DNA of 64,000 nt, taken from NCBI GenBank assembly GCA_030141605.1, contig JAQGDQ010000140.1:248001-312000 (forward strand). The letters run 5' to 3'. Every line of letters starts with the position of its first letter. The first letter of the stretch is position 1. Both the position numbers and the translations under genes were made by a program. The notes under the pieces are model-generated. The model was not told the DNA's origin, ran no database searches, and saw nothing but the letters and a program-made list of their open reading frames with translations. This document shows, piece after piece, positions 1 to 12,330 of the stretch. This DNA is from Tubiluchus corallicola. Lineage: Eukaryota; Animalia; Priapulida.

Positions 1-816
1 AGAAAAGTGCTCTAACAAAATGTTGCAGGCATACTAATAATGCATCATGTACAAAGTCCAATATGGCGTACGTCTTAGGCATACTTCCAGCAGTTATTGT
101 AGTTAATGTAGTATAATCTCTTGCCGTGTAACTTAACACTCAACCTCGTGTGTCTGTGATTTGTCCAGCACATTTCAGTATATCATGTTTTTAGTCATTT
201 TTTACTGTACTGTTTCTTTTGGAACACTCTGCTTACACGCCTCGGTGACTACTGACTATGGTTGAGCATTGTTAGGAAAATTTGTTGAGCAATTTTCAGT
301 ATAAAATGTAGGGTATTTCGTATTCTTCAGTGCCCGTATCGTCAGCATCCACGAATTCAATGCCTGTAAGCTCATCTCCCAGGACGTCAGTGCCAGTATT
401 CCCGGCATCCAGTACTTTGGGGTCTGTATTTACAACCATTGTGCCAGGTACTTCAGTACCCGGCGTAAACGTAATACTCAGTACTTCGGTACCCACAACC
501 ATTATACCTGCGATGAGGAATGTCAGCCTGTGCCGGTTGCTTCTGTCTGCATTAATTATTATATTTTGGAATTTTTTAACACTTATAGAAGCAGCAACTT
601 ACCACAGTCGACTCACCATAATACGCAAGTACCACGTGTTATATTAGGAACGAGGAAGGTGATTCTGTCAATTCATCATGGTGGTTAGGTCTGATCTACA
701 CATGGTGTGATTATATTCGGATACATTTCACGTTTAATGTTATTCTTGTAGCTTCTTAGTCATCCCCTGAGATCCGAACATCAACGCTGATGACATTTTC
801 TACCTTATCCTGTTTC

Positions 817-818
<2 letters not shown>

Positions 819-875
<57 letters not shown>

Positions 876-920
876 CTCTCTCTCCCCCCTCTCCTTCTCT
901 CCCCCTCTCTCTCCTTCCCT

Positions 921-974
<54 letters not shown>
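819..974. repeat. (CT)n/(GA)n microsatellite with interrupted C-rich core
   Basis: Direct ctctct run; explains the spurious ERERER and SLSLSL ORFs. Confidence 0.95.
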
Positions 975-978
<4 letters not shown>

Positions 979-3139
979 TGCAGTGGTTTATAGTGAACAG
1001 ATGTTGGATTTTTCCGCGTGCTGTGTCCATGTTTAGTGTCTGGAGAAACCTGCTTTCTTGAAAGCTCACAATCAGAGTACTGAAGCCTGAAGTATGTTTC
1101 TTCTTTTTTTCGGCGAGAGGGGGGTGTTGTTAGCTTGGCCAATGAAGGTCACACATTATTTGAGACTGATGCGTCATATCGTATTTAATATTAATACAAC
1201 TAGCTTTGTCAGAAACTGATACGTGATTTATTATGTTTGCAGGCCTAACCCTATACTTGATGGTTTGTGGAGCTGGTACATCATATATGTTTACAGACCT
1301 GTAAATTCAACAAACTTTGCTTGGATACACTAATAAATAAGACTAGACTTCAATCGGAGGTGATCAAGGAGTAGACTGTTTCTAGTGAAGCTAGTAAAAT
1401 AAATTAGGACAGGTCCCTGCCGCACTAAATAAGCACAGATGGTATTTCACAGTTTAGTGGTCTACCTCAATAAGTGAAGACCAGACATCGGTTGAAGGTT
1501 CACCTATCCACAGATAATTTTATTGTTTATGACGATGTTCTGTGTATCCTTGTGAGACCATATAGATGCAAAGTACGACATTCTGTTATTGACCATATCT
1601 GTTACGTTGAACTGAGTGAATTATCATTTATGTTTACAGGTCTATTTCCAAAAAACAAGGGACGGACTTTAGTGGAGGGGTGGTATATCGTCTATGTTTA
1701 CAGGCCTATAGGCGCTTACATTAATACTCCAATAAGTGCGGAGTAGATATAAATTAAAGTTGATCGTCCTTAGTTTTTATTGTCTCGTATCGTTGTTCTC
1801 TGTTCGCTCGTGAGGCTACAGACACACTGAGCGACATTCTAATATTGAGCAAATCTGTTATCATGGCCCGCGACCATAGATAATCAGTGAATTAACATTT
1901 ATTCGCATGCATGCGAAATGCGCTGGTTTCATATTTCTGAGAAATCAAATTTCAACCGAGATAGAATGCAGTGGTTATTGACGTGCCGACGACGGACTAA
2001 TCCCAAGTTTGACTAAATCCGGCTCCAGATTCAGCCACTCGTATACTGTTTGTAGAATTCTATATCATACAGAGTCACCTATCGTGATTTTATTTGAAAA
2101 CGAATGATGTATCTTGTTAGTTACAGCTCACCATTGATCAGTGCTGGAAGAATTGATTTCACGTGAAACACGTTATTACGGGCAGAGCGCCATGAATGGC
2201 CGTCTTTCACTTGAAAAGGGTAAAATGTTCTAGAGTTTTTGAGCGTGAATAATGCGGTTTGCTTGATTGGGACGGTGTAAGAGCTTTTAACTGGTGATAA
2301 TTGCGTAGAGACTATTAAACGGAGAGGTGCTAGTATAATTGTTTTAAATAGTTGGCTTCATGGGAAGCTGCGTAATGCATATTCTCATCTTGGATGTGCC
2401 TTGTTAGCATGGCTTCAACTAATGCCTACATGCTGCTAATGCCTTATAGGGTGAACATGCGGTCAGTCATATTGGGTGGGCGGAAAAAACACGTGAAAAT
2501 GAAAATCAAAAACAAACCTAGTTTGATTTACTGTCATCTACTTATTCTAACGATGTTTGGATACTTTGTGAATGATATCATGACCGCCAACATTGTTTGT
2601 TCTAGTGGAGAGAACAGCAAATAGATGCTTAAGGCATAAACTCACAAATTTTAAACTTTCTAGTAGCCCCAACATGTACGTTAGAAATTCCTGGGACAAT
2701 TATTTCGTCTCTTACTTGTACAACAACGGTTGATTTTTGTAACACATTTATTACTCTGGTTTATTTATCACAAACAGTAATAAACATACACCACACGTAT
2801 GTGTCTAATCATATAGTTTTTTAATAGCAAGTACACTTACAATAAATAAGAAATAAGACTGAAAATGTGGCAATTAATCCATGTATACATTGGTGATCAA
2901 CAATTCAATCTATTTTCGTGTTTGCTTTCACCTATCTGGCACGTTGCGTTCTAATTTAGTAGTAATCTAATCACTTTCAGAAACGTGTGCATAATTTGTG
3001 TCTAGTTTGTGATACCTCCTATATTAAATTATACGTCAAATAAGTAAGGCAGCAAATGAATGTGAACAACTGTTTACTCATTAATGCGTAGGGTACGTCG
3101 TGGGAGAAGCTAGATTCAATGATCACCTTCAGCGTTTGT

Positions 3140-3153
3140 GTTGCCATAGTGAC
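3140..3153. promoter_or_regulatory. RFX X-box-like site in the presumed last intron of the DUSP gene
   Basis: GTTGCCATAGTGAC, close to the X-box consensus GTTRCCATGGYAAC; motif match only. Confidence 0.3.
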
Positions 3154-3645
3154 AAGGGGAAATTCGTGTCCTTATATAGATATTTCTAGATTAGAAATGA
3201 TTAAGTGTAAGGTCTATGACTGTTTTTATTAAAACGAATCAATGTTTCTGTGTCGATAAAGAACAGCTGAACGCAAACACTGGTGCGCCCACGCTAACTT
3301 ATTGATCACAGAATTCATGAATGGTAGATTTTCCCTCGCATGGTTTCCATCTTTATAGGAATAGCTTTGTGGCGTGTAATTTCTGGAAAAATCCCACGTC
3401 TAGCGTTTGTCCTAACTCGTGATGTTTTACATATTCTTAACCGTTTTCCCAGTGTAATAAAATGGTTGCTAAAATGGTTATTATTAACAGCAGTAATTTT
3501 ACAAAATATCTATTACTGAATGTAAATATAATAGCTGCTTATGGCCACTGAAAACATGATCCTTTCATTATACACTAGTACACGCGAGTAGAAACCAACT
3601 GCACGTTTCAACATATAAAATCAGCATATCATAGAACGTCCTTTA

Positions 3646-4038
3646 TATAAACTCGTATGTTATCGCTCTGTTAAAAAACGAATTTGTAACTCACAGATGT
3701 GAATAATTATCAGATTACTTCAAAGTTGGACCCATTTATAGGTGGGGTTGGGAAAAAGTTAACATAAATAATTTTCATCGTTTTCAATACAGAAAGTTCA
3801 GTGAAACTGTCTAAATTTTTCATTTAGAGAAAGTTCAGTGAAATTTTTAATTTTCATAAACATTAAAATTCCGATGAACAATGTCTGTGGTTCTCATGAA
3901 TTAAGGGATGCATACTTCAAAAATTTAGTTTTTAAAAAATGCATATTTCAAAAAAAATTATGTTATCAAAAGACTTGAGCTAAACAATTATATATACTTA
4001 ACTGGTAGAAACAGTTAGATATCCATATTTATGAATTA
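3646..4038 (+). repeat. ~400-bp dispersed repeat, copy A (inverted relative to 5662-6058)
   Basis: e.g. tcacagatgtgaataattatcagattac here versus its reverse complement gtaatctgataattattcacatctgtga near 5987-6013; collinear over the whole length. Confidence 0.9.
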
Positions 4039-4634
4039 TAAAAAATGCCGGTACGTAATCGAGTGTGCTAGTGTACAATAAAAGGATCATATTTTCAGTG
4101 GCAGTTGTAGCTATTTTATTTCACTTTAAGTTAGAATTTCGAGTGATAGATCGAATTACAGATTGAAGTTATTGTATAGAACACCGTTAACGAGCTAATG
4201 GTCGTTACTACGCAAGCTAAATTCGTATTAATAAAGTCAGTAAGTATAGTTGCTAAAGTCAGCAAAACATCTGCAAAGCTGGAAATTGTCTGAGTTTTTT
4301 TGCACATTTTACTTAGAAATTATAATAACGTCAACAACAACAATAGAAACTAAAAATTCTCGAATAACCTATTACAGTGATTATCTTAATTCCTTTTTTA
4401 ACTACATGTATTAGAGTTTGATCCACAATACGGTGCGTATCTCAAGTGTGGTTTTGTCAATTTTAATAGACAAGACTAGTATAAGCACTGGGATCCAACG
4501 TTTCAACCAGTAACAGTTCGAGTGTCAAATAACTAATCGATTCTGGTGTTATTCGTACTACAAGTAAATTATTTTTCCTACATTTGCAATATTATAGTAG
4601 GGCCTTTACGTAATCCTGACATTTTTTGTTACAG

Positions 4635-5020
4635 ATGCGGGACGTCGTGAGAAAGTCGGCGTATTGGTACACTGTTTGGCTGGCATCAGTCGCAGCGTTA
4701 CCGTCACCGTAGCTTACTTAATGCAGGCTTGCGAGATGTCATTGAACGATGCCTATGACTTTGTCAGACAGCGTAAGAGCAACATTTCTCCAAATTTCAA
4801 TTTCATGGGCCAATTGTTGGACTTTGAACGTGCTCTCAACTCTAGTCCAGCCTGCTCTGACTGTGCCTGCTCTCCCAGCAGTGACGCCGACCAGAGAAAC
4901 TGTAGCTGTCGCCGCTCACTGGAAGCCAATATTGCACAATTTGGTTCCCCTGTCGGAAATAAATGTGGCTCTAATGATGAGCCTGCTCAATGGTCAGAAA
5001 GTGTCGATCGCTGCTTATAG
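4635..5020 (+). CDS. DUSP7: Terminal coding exon of MAP kinase phosphatase 3-class dual-specificity phosphatase (DUSP6/7/9 family)
   Basis: Acceptor ttttttgttacag|, phase 1. Translation [31 protein letters not shown]...[33 protein letters not shown] contains the HCxxGxSR catalytic loop and the MKP3-type [15 protein letters not shown] segment; stop TAG at 5020. Upstream exons are not seen in the window. Confidence 0.93.
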
Positions 5021-5661
5021 CTACTTTCATAGTACTTATTTTTTGTACTGTGCCAGTACAGTTCTTTTAGAATGAGCGTTTAGTCAAACGATACTGGTGA
5101 CATTTTGTGTACAAACATAAAATTAAAAACATAAGTAGATGCATGTATGTAATGTTAACTGTGTTAGAGAATTGTTTTGTACATATTCCTGTTAAAACAA
5201 GTCGATTACTTTGTAAGAAATACGTTTTTGAATTTAAGCAAATAGTTAGTAAAAATGCAGGGCTTTAGATGAATATTGCACGATTTTTGTACTCACTTGT
5301 ACAATTTTGATAAAATATCACTTGATATTTGTACATACTACTATGTACGTGTATTGTAATTTTGTGCCTTACGTTTTAACACATCTAAAATGAAGTATCT
5401 GTGCTGTTTTTGTTATTAGTGATAATACGTGCGATGTTAAGTGTCAGTTTGTTCTTAGAATATGCGACCTGGGCGCCTTTAATTTGAGGAACTTCTAACA
5501 GATGTAATTCATGCTTCTTTTGAGAGTGTTTTTGTGGTTCGACAACGGACGTCTTTGACACCTCGGTTAGAAAGATATATTCTTGGAGGAGGCATGTATT
5601 CTAAGATATAAATCTTCAAAAAAAGGGCTGCATTAGCTTTTGATGACATGTTTAACCAGTT

Positions 5662-6058
5662 TAATTCATAAATATTACTATCTGACTGTTTCTACCAGTT
5701 ACGTATATATAGTTGCTTAGCTCAAGTCTTTTGAAAACTTTAATTTTTTGAAATGTGCATTTTTTAGAAACTGAATTTTTGAAGTATGCATTTATTCCCT
5801 TAATCCGTGGGAACCACAGACATTGTTCATCAGTATTTTATTGTTTATGAAAATTAATAGTTTCACTGAACTTTCTCTAAATGAAAAATTAGACAGTTTC
5901 ACTGAACTTTCTGTATTGAAAACGATGAAAACTATTTATGTTAACTTTTGCCCAACCCCACCTATAAGTGGGTCCAACTTTTGCAGTAATCTGATAATTA
6001 TTCACATCTGTGAGTTACAAATTCGTTTTTTAACTGAGCGATTACATACGAGTTTATA
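5662..6058 (-). repeat. ~400-bp dispersed repeat, copy B (inverted copy of 3646-4038), downstream of the DUSP stop
   Basis: Reverse-complement match to copy A with scattered substitutions and small indels. Confidence 0.9.
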
Positions 6059-9005
6059 CGCGCGTGATACATAAAGCAAGTTCTAGAATATTTTGTATAT
6101 AATTATAGCCAAGTAGTGTGCCAATAAGTGTTGGTTGTTCTTGTTATCGCCCGTTGTTAAAAGTTTTCGGGAGCCTCAGCGTGATGTGTAGCCTTGGGAT
6201 GTACAGTCCGATGCGTACAGCTTATTTCCTCTCTCTGTTAGTTTTAATACTGAAAACTTTCCATTCAGAAAACGGTTGCGGTTTTTCGTACTCGTCTAGC
6301 CACGGGGCTTTTGCTGTGGACGAGTATGTGTTCTCGAAACTTATTGAATACTAAACACTTTTTATTAGTGTTTACCAAGGCGCTAGGCTTATAAAATAAA
6401 ACACGCCCGTAACACCACCCACACTTTGGAACCTTAGAAACCGAATTTGCCAAGCATGATCGCTACTGTACTTGAAATCTTGGACTTGGATTTTATCCCT
6501 TCATTGCTGTTAATTTTAATAATTATCGGTTATAACCTATTATGTAACACGTTACACTTGATATAGGGATCATTATGAATCTGTTATTGTTTTTAAGTCA
6601 ACGGTCACATAAAATTACGCAATAACGTGTTAATAGCGTTTGTAGATGTACGTTACCGTAATTGTGTTTGATTAATTCCAATTTTATGTTTCGAAACAGT
6701 TTTGTGGATTTTGTAATAATTGTCGAAGTCCGAATCATCAATAAAGGTAGTTGTTGATTTAACTGTATAATAATGTGCACACCTATAAAAAATTATTCAA
6801 ATAGATAAGTTTTGTATGATAAATTACAGCCTTGTGGGCTTTGCTGTTAAATTTAAATTTTGTGTTAAATTGCAAACTTTCATTAGTAACCTAATTAAAC
6901 CAGCTTTATTTTATTTTGCAGTAATAACTACCTTGCTGTATGTAATCTATGTTTTTAATTTGACATTAATTAGAAAAGTATGTTGAAAAAGTCATTTAAA
7001 ATACATAATTATAGTTGAAACACAGCAATAACAAATTATAACAAGCAGTTGTTTGCTGTGTAAATCTATAAAAAAATTTGTAAACTTTAACTTTCTTGCC
7101 CATACGATCATTACATTTTAATAATAATAATTGATAATAATAATAATAATAATAATAATGTCTATTATAAATGTCTCGTTTGACTGTTCAGGTTATCTTA
7201 ATTAATGTCTGGAAATTGTTTGTAGTCTCTCATTGTTGACATTTTATAGATGAATTTTAAATGCTGCTTTAAGATATATTTTGTGATAATTAAGTGCATT
7301 TGTGTACGTATTGTTGGCACAGAGATATTTTGCTTGCAGTGAAACTGTATTGTTTTATGTACTATAATTATACGTCATGTGAACGTTGAAATTATTTGTA
7401 CTCAGTGTAGTGACGTCACAATTGCCTTTTACATAATCAGACATGTTGATCAGTTTACTAGAATTCCCGTAAATTGTTGAGAGATTTTTTGTGTACAAAA
7501 TTTGTTGTAAATAATGAAAAAATAAATAACGTCTTGTGACAAAACTGTGTTGATCTTGAATGTATAATCGAGTACATAAAATTATTCACACTTCGTTCTG
7601 TAAAAAAGATGATTGTAAACATACTGTAATTAACAGGTGTTGTTAAATAGTTCACTAGTTAGCCAAAAATGATTCATTTCTTCGCCTGAAATAAAGGTAG
7701 CACCTTATTTGTGACAGCTAATCTATACGTTTTTACAAGATTTATTTTTCTCCTATAGGTGGCACTACAAATCAATGCTTTCGCTAATGCTCCGACCGGT
7801 GTTTTAAGAGCAATAATTATTATTACTACAATAAAAATAAATTATTCCCGGTTTCACTTGCCACAATCTTTTTAACAACACACCAGTATAGGCATAATAA
7901 TAAACCTGGCAGAAGCATAGAGAAATTATTGTTCTAATCACCGGAAACGACCTTTTCCGGCGAGGAAATGAACTCATTGTTGACTACAATGTGCTGCATC
8001 TTACTCAGCTTCCTGTAATTACCAACAACTAAGTTGTTTAAATAAGAAAATGTAAATAAACAGGAAACTTACGAAATTATATTCGAGTCCTTTACGCCTG
8101 TCATGATAAAAATCAAGATTAAAACAGTCACTTGTCGCCTATTCCCAGAAAGTAACTAAGAGGTGATGATGTAGGTACGTGTACTGGGGGAACTTCATGT
8201 GTTCTTTTGCATCGAGATCAGAAACGCGTATAGACCAAAATGCAAAATCGACAAGTGAAAATATACTACATAAAATAAATATTTATATACTGTCACATAA
8301 CTATGATAACAATATTCAAAAAGTAAAAGTGTAAAAGACTGAAGGCCTATATTGCATGCATGTGGGCTTTTCAGGAATATTAATATGGCCCAAAAGGCTA
8401 AGTCCATTGTGTACAAAACTATACGTGTTACCACCAAGTAAAACAAAAAGCAATTTTAACATATTTTGCGGCGTTTCGGCAACGTGTTGCACCATTGAAC
8501 AGATTTTTATGAAAAGAATAAAGACCGTTGGCCGTAGAAAACTGACAGTGCCACAGCAGTGGATTCGAGGTCCACATTGGGCCAACTTGTCAAAATGTGA
8601 AAATTTAATTTACAGTACCTTTGCCCTGTTTATGCCACATTTGTTATTGTCTTATATTCTGAGTATTAAGTGTACTGTAGTTAACAATGTTGCGTGTACA
8701 CCATTAAGCTATAATAGGCGACCATGGGAGGGGCATCAGAGATGTGGGAAACTATATTAGGGACTTACTTCTGAACTAAGTCAGAAGACAGTGAAAGGAC
8801 TTTCGTGTTTATTCTACACACCATTCACTAATCTAATAATTACATCTTTTATTTTTCGACAGTGACGCATTTTATTAATATGGTGCTTGTGACAACAAAG
8901 CGATATGTGTTTATACAACCATGGTTTCGATAAGCTTGAAAATACATTTTATTGTTGTTAGTCTTAATTCGACACAGGTAAAAACTACAGATGAACACCG
9001 ACTGT

Positions 9006-9392
9006 TCGAGCTCACACTAGTTTTTTTAGTGTGAGTTCGATTCGAACATCACATTTTTTATTCCAATAAGTTAGAACTTCAACTAAATGTGTTCTTTATC
9101 ACAAAAGTGTTTGAAACAGCAATCAGTCAGCATAATTTAGTTGTGATTTCTGTGTACAATTTCTAAACAAGTTATTGCTGTTTTACTGCAAACATGGAGT
9201 AAATGTATGATTTTGTCACACTGCTTTTTACAAATGGTTCAAAAAACTTAGTAAACTTATTCGAAAATTTTTACAAGCGAATTTGAACTTGATTCGGATT
9301 CAAAATCTCAAAATTTGATTTATTCGAATTCGAAAATTACAAATTTGGTTCGATTCGAATTCGCTTTCTGGTAGAAAACGCTCACTCCTAGT
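9006..9392. mobile_element. Possible MITE remnant rich in ttcgaattcg motifs
   Basis: Short inverted ends (tagtgtgag ... ctcactccta), adjacent hairpin tcgagctcacacta/tagtgtgagttcga, and repeated attcgaattcg. Confidence 0.3.
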
Positions 9393-9938
9393 AAAAACAG
9401 AACAACAGCTGTGAAAATACACCTAAATGATGCAAAAAACATAACAAAGTTTTAATAGCTTATTTAGAAACGAAATTGCTAATAATTGATTTCCTTCGAT
9501 GATTATAAGTCAATGATGATCAAAATGTGCCCTTTTATTAGGGTGTTACCAACAATATTTTGGCTTCTTCTTTGATCAATAATAAAAAATAATTGGGAAT
9601 CATGCGAATTAATTATGATGTAGTATAAAGAATGAAAATAGGCTGGTACAAATATATTCACCATTTATAAAACGAAATTGCGCTGCATACTTTGGTCTTT
9701 TCACCACCCTGTCTCTCTTAGCAGTCACAACATTTGTTAATGCCATGTTTATTATGTTATTGAGACAAATAAATTATTCTGTATCTGTATTGTGTACTCA
9801 TTGTTATAAATAAATGTGACTTAAGTGAAATGATAATAAATTAATAAGGCTATGGAACATGTACTTAAAGTTGATACAGAAAAACACTTCATTCGTTTAA
9901 GCGGTTCGTTCAAAACCCTGGATATCACCAGCACTAAA

Positions 9939-9966
9939 ATGGCTGCTCCCGTGGTTTATGATTTAG
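9939..9966 (+). CDS. Ser/Thr dehydratase-like gene exon 1 (MAAPVVYDL)
   Basis: aaaATGGct start context, donor TAG|gtatgt; phase 1 matches exon 2. Confidence 0.65.
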
Positions 9967-10189
9967 GTATGTCTAGGTTAATACATTTTCATATATATTT
10001 TAGACATTTAACACTTGTTTATAGATGCACGATATGTACACAGTAAATATAAATCAAGTTCTCTCATCCGTACAATTTTTTAATTTTAATATTATTTCCT
10101 CTTTTAATGATTTATGACTTGGTTTAATGCCAGCTTTGCTATCAACCAATATCCATGTTAGTGAATGGAAACCATTACAGCAAATTTAG

Positions 10190-10880
10190 TATAAAGCACT
10201 AAACAAACTACTAAAACTAAGAAACAATGCACCATATTGGGGAACACTAGGTCAAACGAATGTATGGCCAGTGAAACAGAGAGTTTTATATATAAAAAAT
10301 GTTTTTACTTTTTAGAGAATTTGCTAAAATCAGATGGTAACAGATTAGCAAAGCAAATAATACTAGAACAAAAGGAAAGAGAATACTCTAATTGCTAGTA
10401 TGCAGAAATCAGAGAAATCATTAAAAATTATTATATAGAACAGCTAGCAGAAGATTTGTTACAAATAACTAAATCACAATTGAAAAAGGTTAAACTTATA
10501 CTAATCGAGGATATAGAACAGGAACTTGAACAGAAAAAAAATCAATGTAAAAACTAAGATTTTTTGAAAGAAAGTTTTTTTCAGAAAAAATCGTATTTTA
10601 TAACTGGCAGTGAAGCTCAAGTGAAATATGAAATGAATATTAGGATAAAGATGATAAATGTTAAAGAAAGTTACCCGAGTAGTAGTAAGAAAAATAACCT
10701 CAATTGCCCTATATGTTGTGAGGAAAAAGACTCTACAGAGCATGTGCTGGAATGTGAGGAACTAAAGCACTTAAAGATGTGGCTAGTGAATGCCAATGAC
10801 CTATTAAGTGACTGGGAAAACCTTGCAACAGGTGCATCAAACTATTCAAGGGCTACTCAACTACAGAAACGAATTTAAAT
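10190..10880 (+). mobile_element. Decayed non-LTR retrotransposon 3' remnant in intron 1
   Basis: Broken frame ending CPICCEEKDSTEHVLEC, the CxxC...EH..C zinc-knuckle typical of LINE ORF2 C-termini. Confidence 0.55.
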
Positions 10881-11176
10881 AAATTCAGATTTCAATAAAC
10901 GTCAAATATGGTGAAGTGATTTATTGTATTGCAAAGTGCACTTATATTATTTGAGTGATTGCTATTTGGTAGAGAGTGTACTACAGAAGCACTGTTGCAA
11001 ACTAGTACTTTTGTTTATGTGCTTTAGCTGTTTGCCACAAACACATGGTGTTTACATTTCTTGACTCCCTCTCTAAGTTCGAATTAAGACTGTAAGTGCT
11101 GTAGCTTTGTGCTATGCTAGTTGGCAATGCAAATTGTATGTTACGTGACTTAGAAATTTCTGTGCTTTTTTGTTAG

Positions 11177-11347
11177 AATATTCACCGCCACCTTTGCTAA
11201 CGCTAGAAGAACTAAAAGATGCAGCTGATGCAGTTGCTAAAAGTAAGCTCTGTCACCGAACTCCTTTGTTAACCAATGTTCAACACGTCTTTGGTCTCGA
11301 TGATGGCACCGTTCTTCATCTAAAACTTGAGAACATGCAAAAGACAG
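11177..11347 (+). CDS. Ser/Thr dehydratase-like gene exon 2
   Basis: tgttag|, EYSPPPLLTLEELKDAA...HRTPLL...LHLKLENMQKT, then CAG|gtatgt; KxENxQxTG precedes the PLP lysine motif. Confidence 0.92.
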
Positions 11348-12133
11348 GTATGTGTGTGTGCGTGTCGCTTAAAGTTATTATTATCACAAAATCGTGCTAT
11401 TGTTACAATGTATAGCAAAGAATGTAAACTGTGTCAAATTACCATACGTTGTTTTTGCATGAAAAGTGAATGCTTTTATCTTATCTGAGCCTTCAAAGTG
11501 ATCATAGCTTTTGTATGCTTTAATGAAATACAGTTTTCCATGCTCTTTTTCCATGTTAGAACATAAATTTTTCAACGACTGGTTACTAAACTAATGGGGG
11601 TTGTATTTTTAAGTAATATTAAGTATTTCACATTTTAAGTAATAGGGGGTTGCTTTCTCTTTAGACAAATGTACCATGGAAACTTCGTCAAAGACTTTCC
11701 CATGTTCCCCCAAGCACTGGAGTACAGTGGTACTATAGTTCCTGGTGTCCGAGAATTTCAAACAGTTAAGAAAAATAGATAGACATCACATTTACTTGGT
11801 CTGCCTGTGTTCATAGAACTGTCTTTGAGCACTCTCTGTATTTTCGTATTTAAGATTAATGGGTACCATGAATCTTTATGAATTTTTGAAAATTTATTGT
11901 ACATTTAATAACTAAAAGAATGGACGTCATGTGGCATAGTGATGGTTTAGAATTTTAGCATTTGGCTGAAAATGACCTTGGTAAGCACACCAAAACATTT
12001 AAAAGCATTATTGCTGCATTATCTTTATATTGCAGAATTTGCTTTCATTAATAAACTAGAAGGTAAGCATTTGTTACTTTGTTAAGCTTTATGCAATAGC
12101 ACCTTGATATTTATGCACTTATTGCATTTTCAG

Positions 12134-12330
12134 GATCATTTAAAACTAGGGGACTGTCTTATCAACTTCACAATATGCCATCTGCTGTCGCCGATGGCAA
12201 ACTCATTCCGCTTACGTATTCCGGTGGAAATTATGGAAAAGCTTTTGCACGTGCTTTTTCTGAAATGGGATTGACTGGTACAGTAGTCATGCCAGATACA
12301 GTACCAGCCAACAGAGTCGACTTGATACAA
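12134..12330 (+). CDS. Ser/Thr dehydratase-like gene exon 3 (PLP lysine)
   Basis: ttttcag|, GSFKTRG...LTYSGGNYGKAFA...VVMPDTVPANRVDLIQ, |gtgggt; SFKxRG and SxGN motifs. Confidence 0.93.

Noticed and set aside
296-647. Ser/Thr/Pro/Val-rich ORFs on both strands
   Set aside because: Low-complexity degenerate cagtgcc/cagtacc repeats; no recognisable domain or convincing splice context.
756-1142. ER/RE/SL-repeat ORFs
   Set aside because: Translation of a (CT)n microsatellite.
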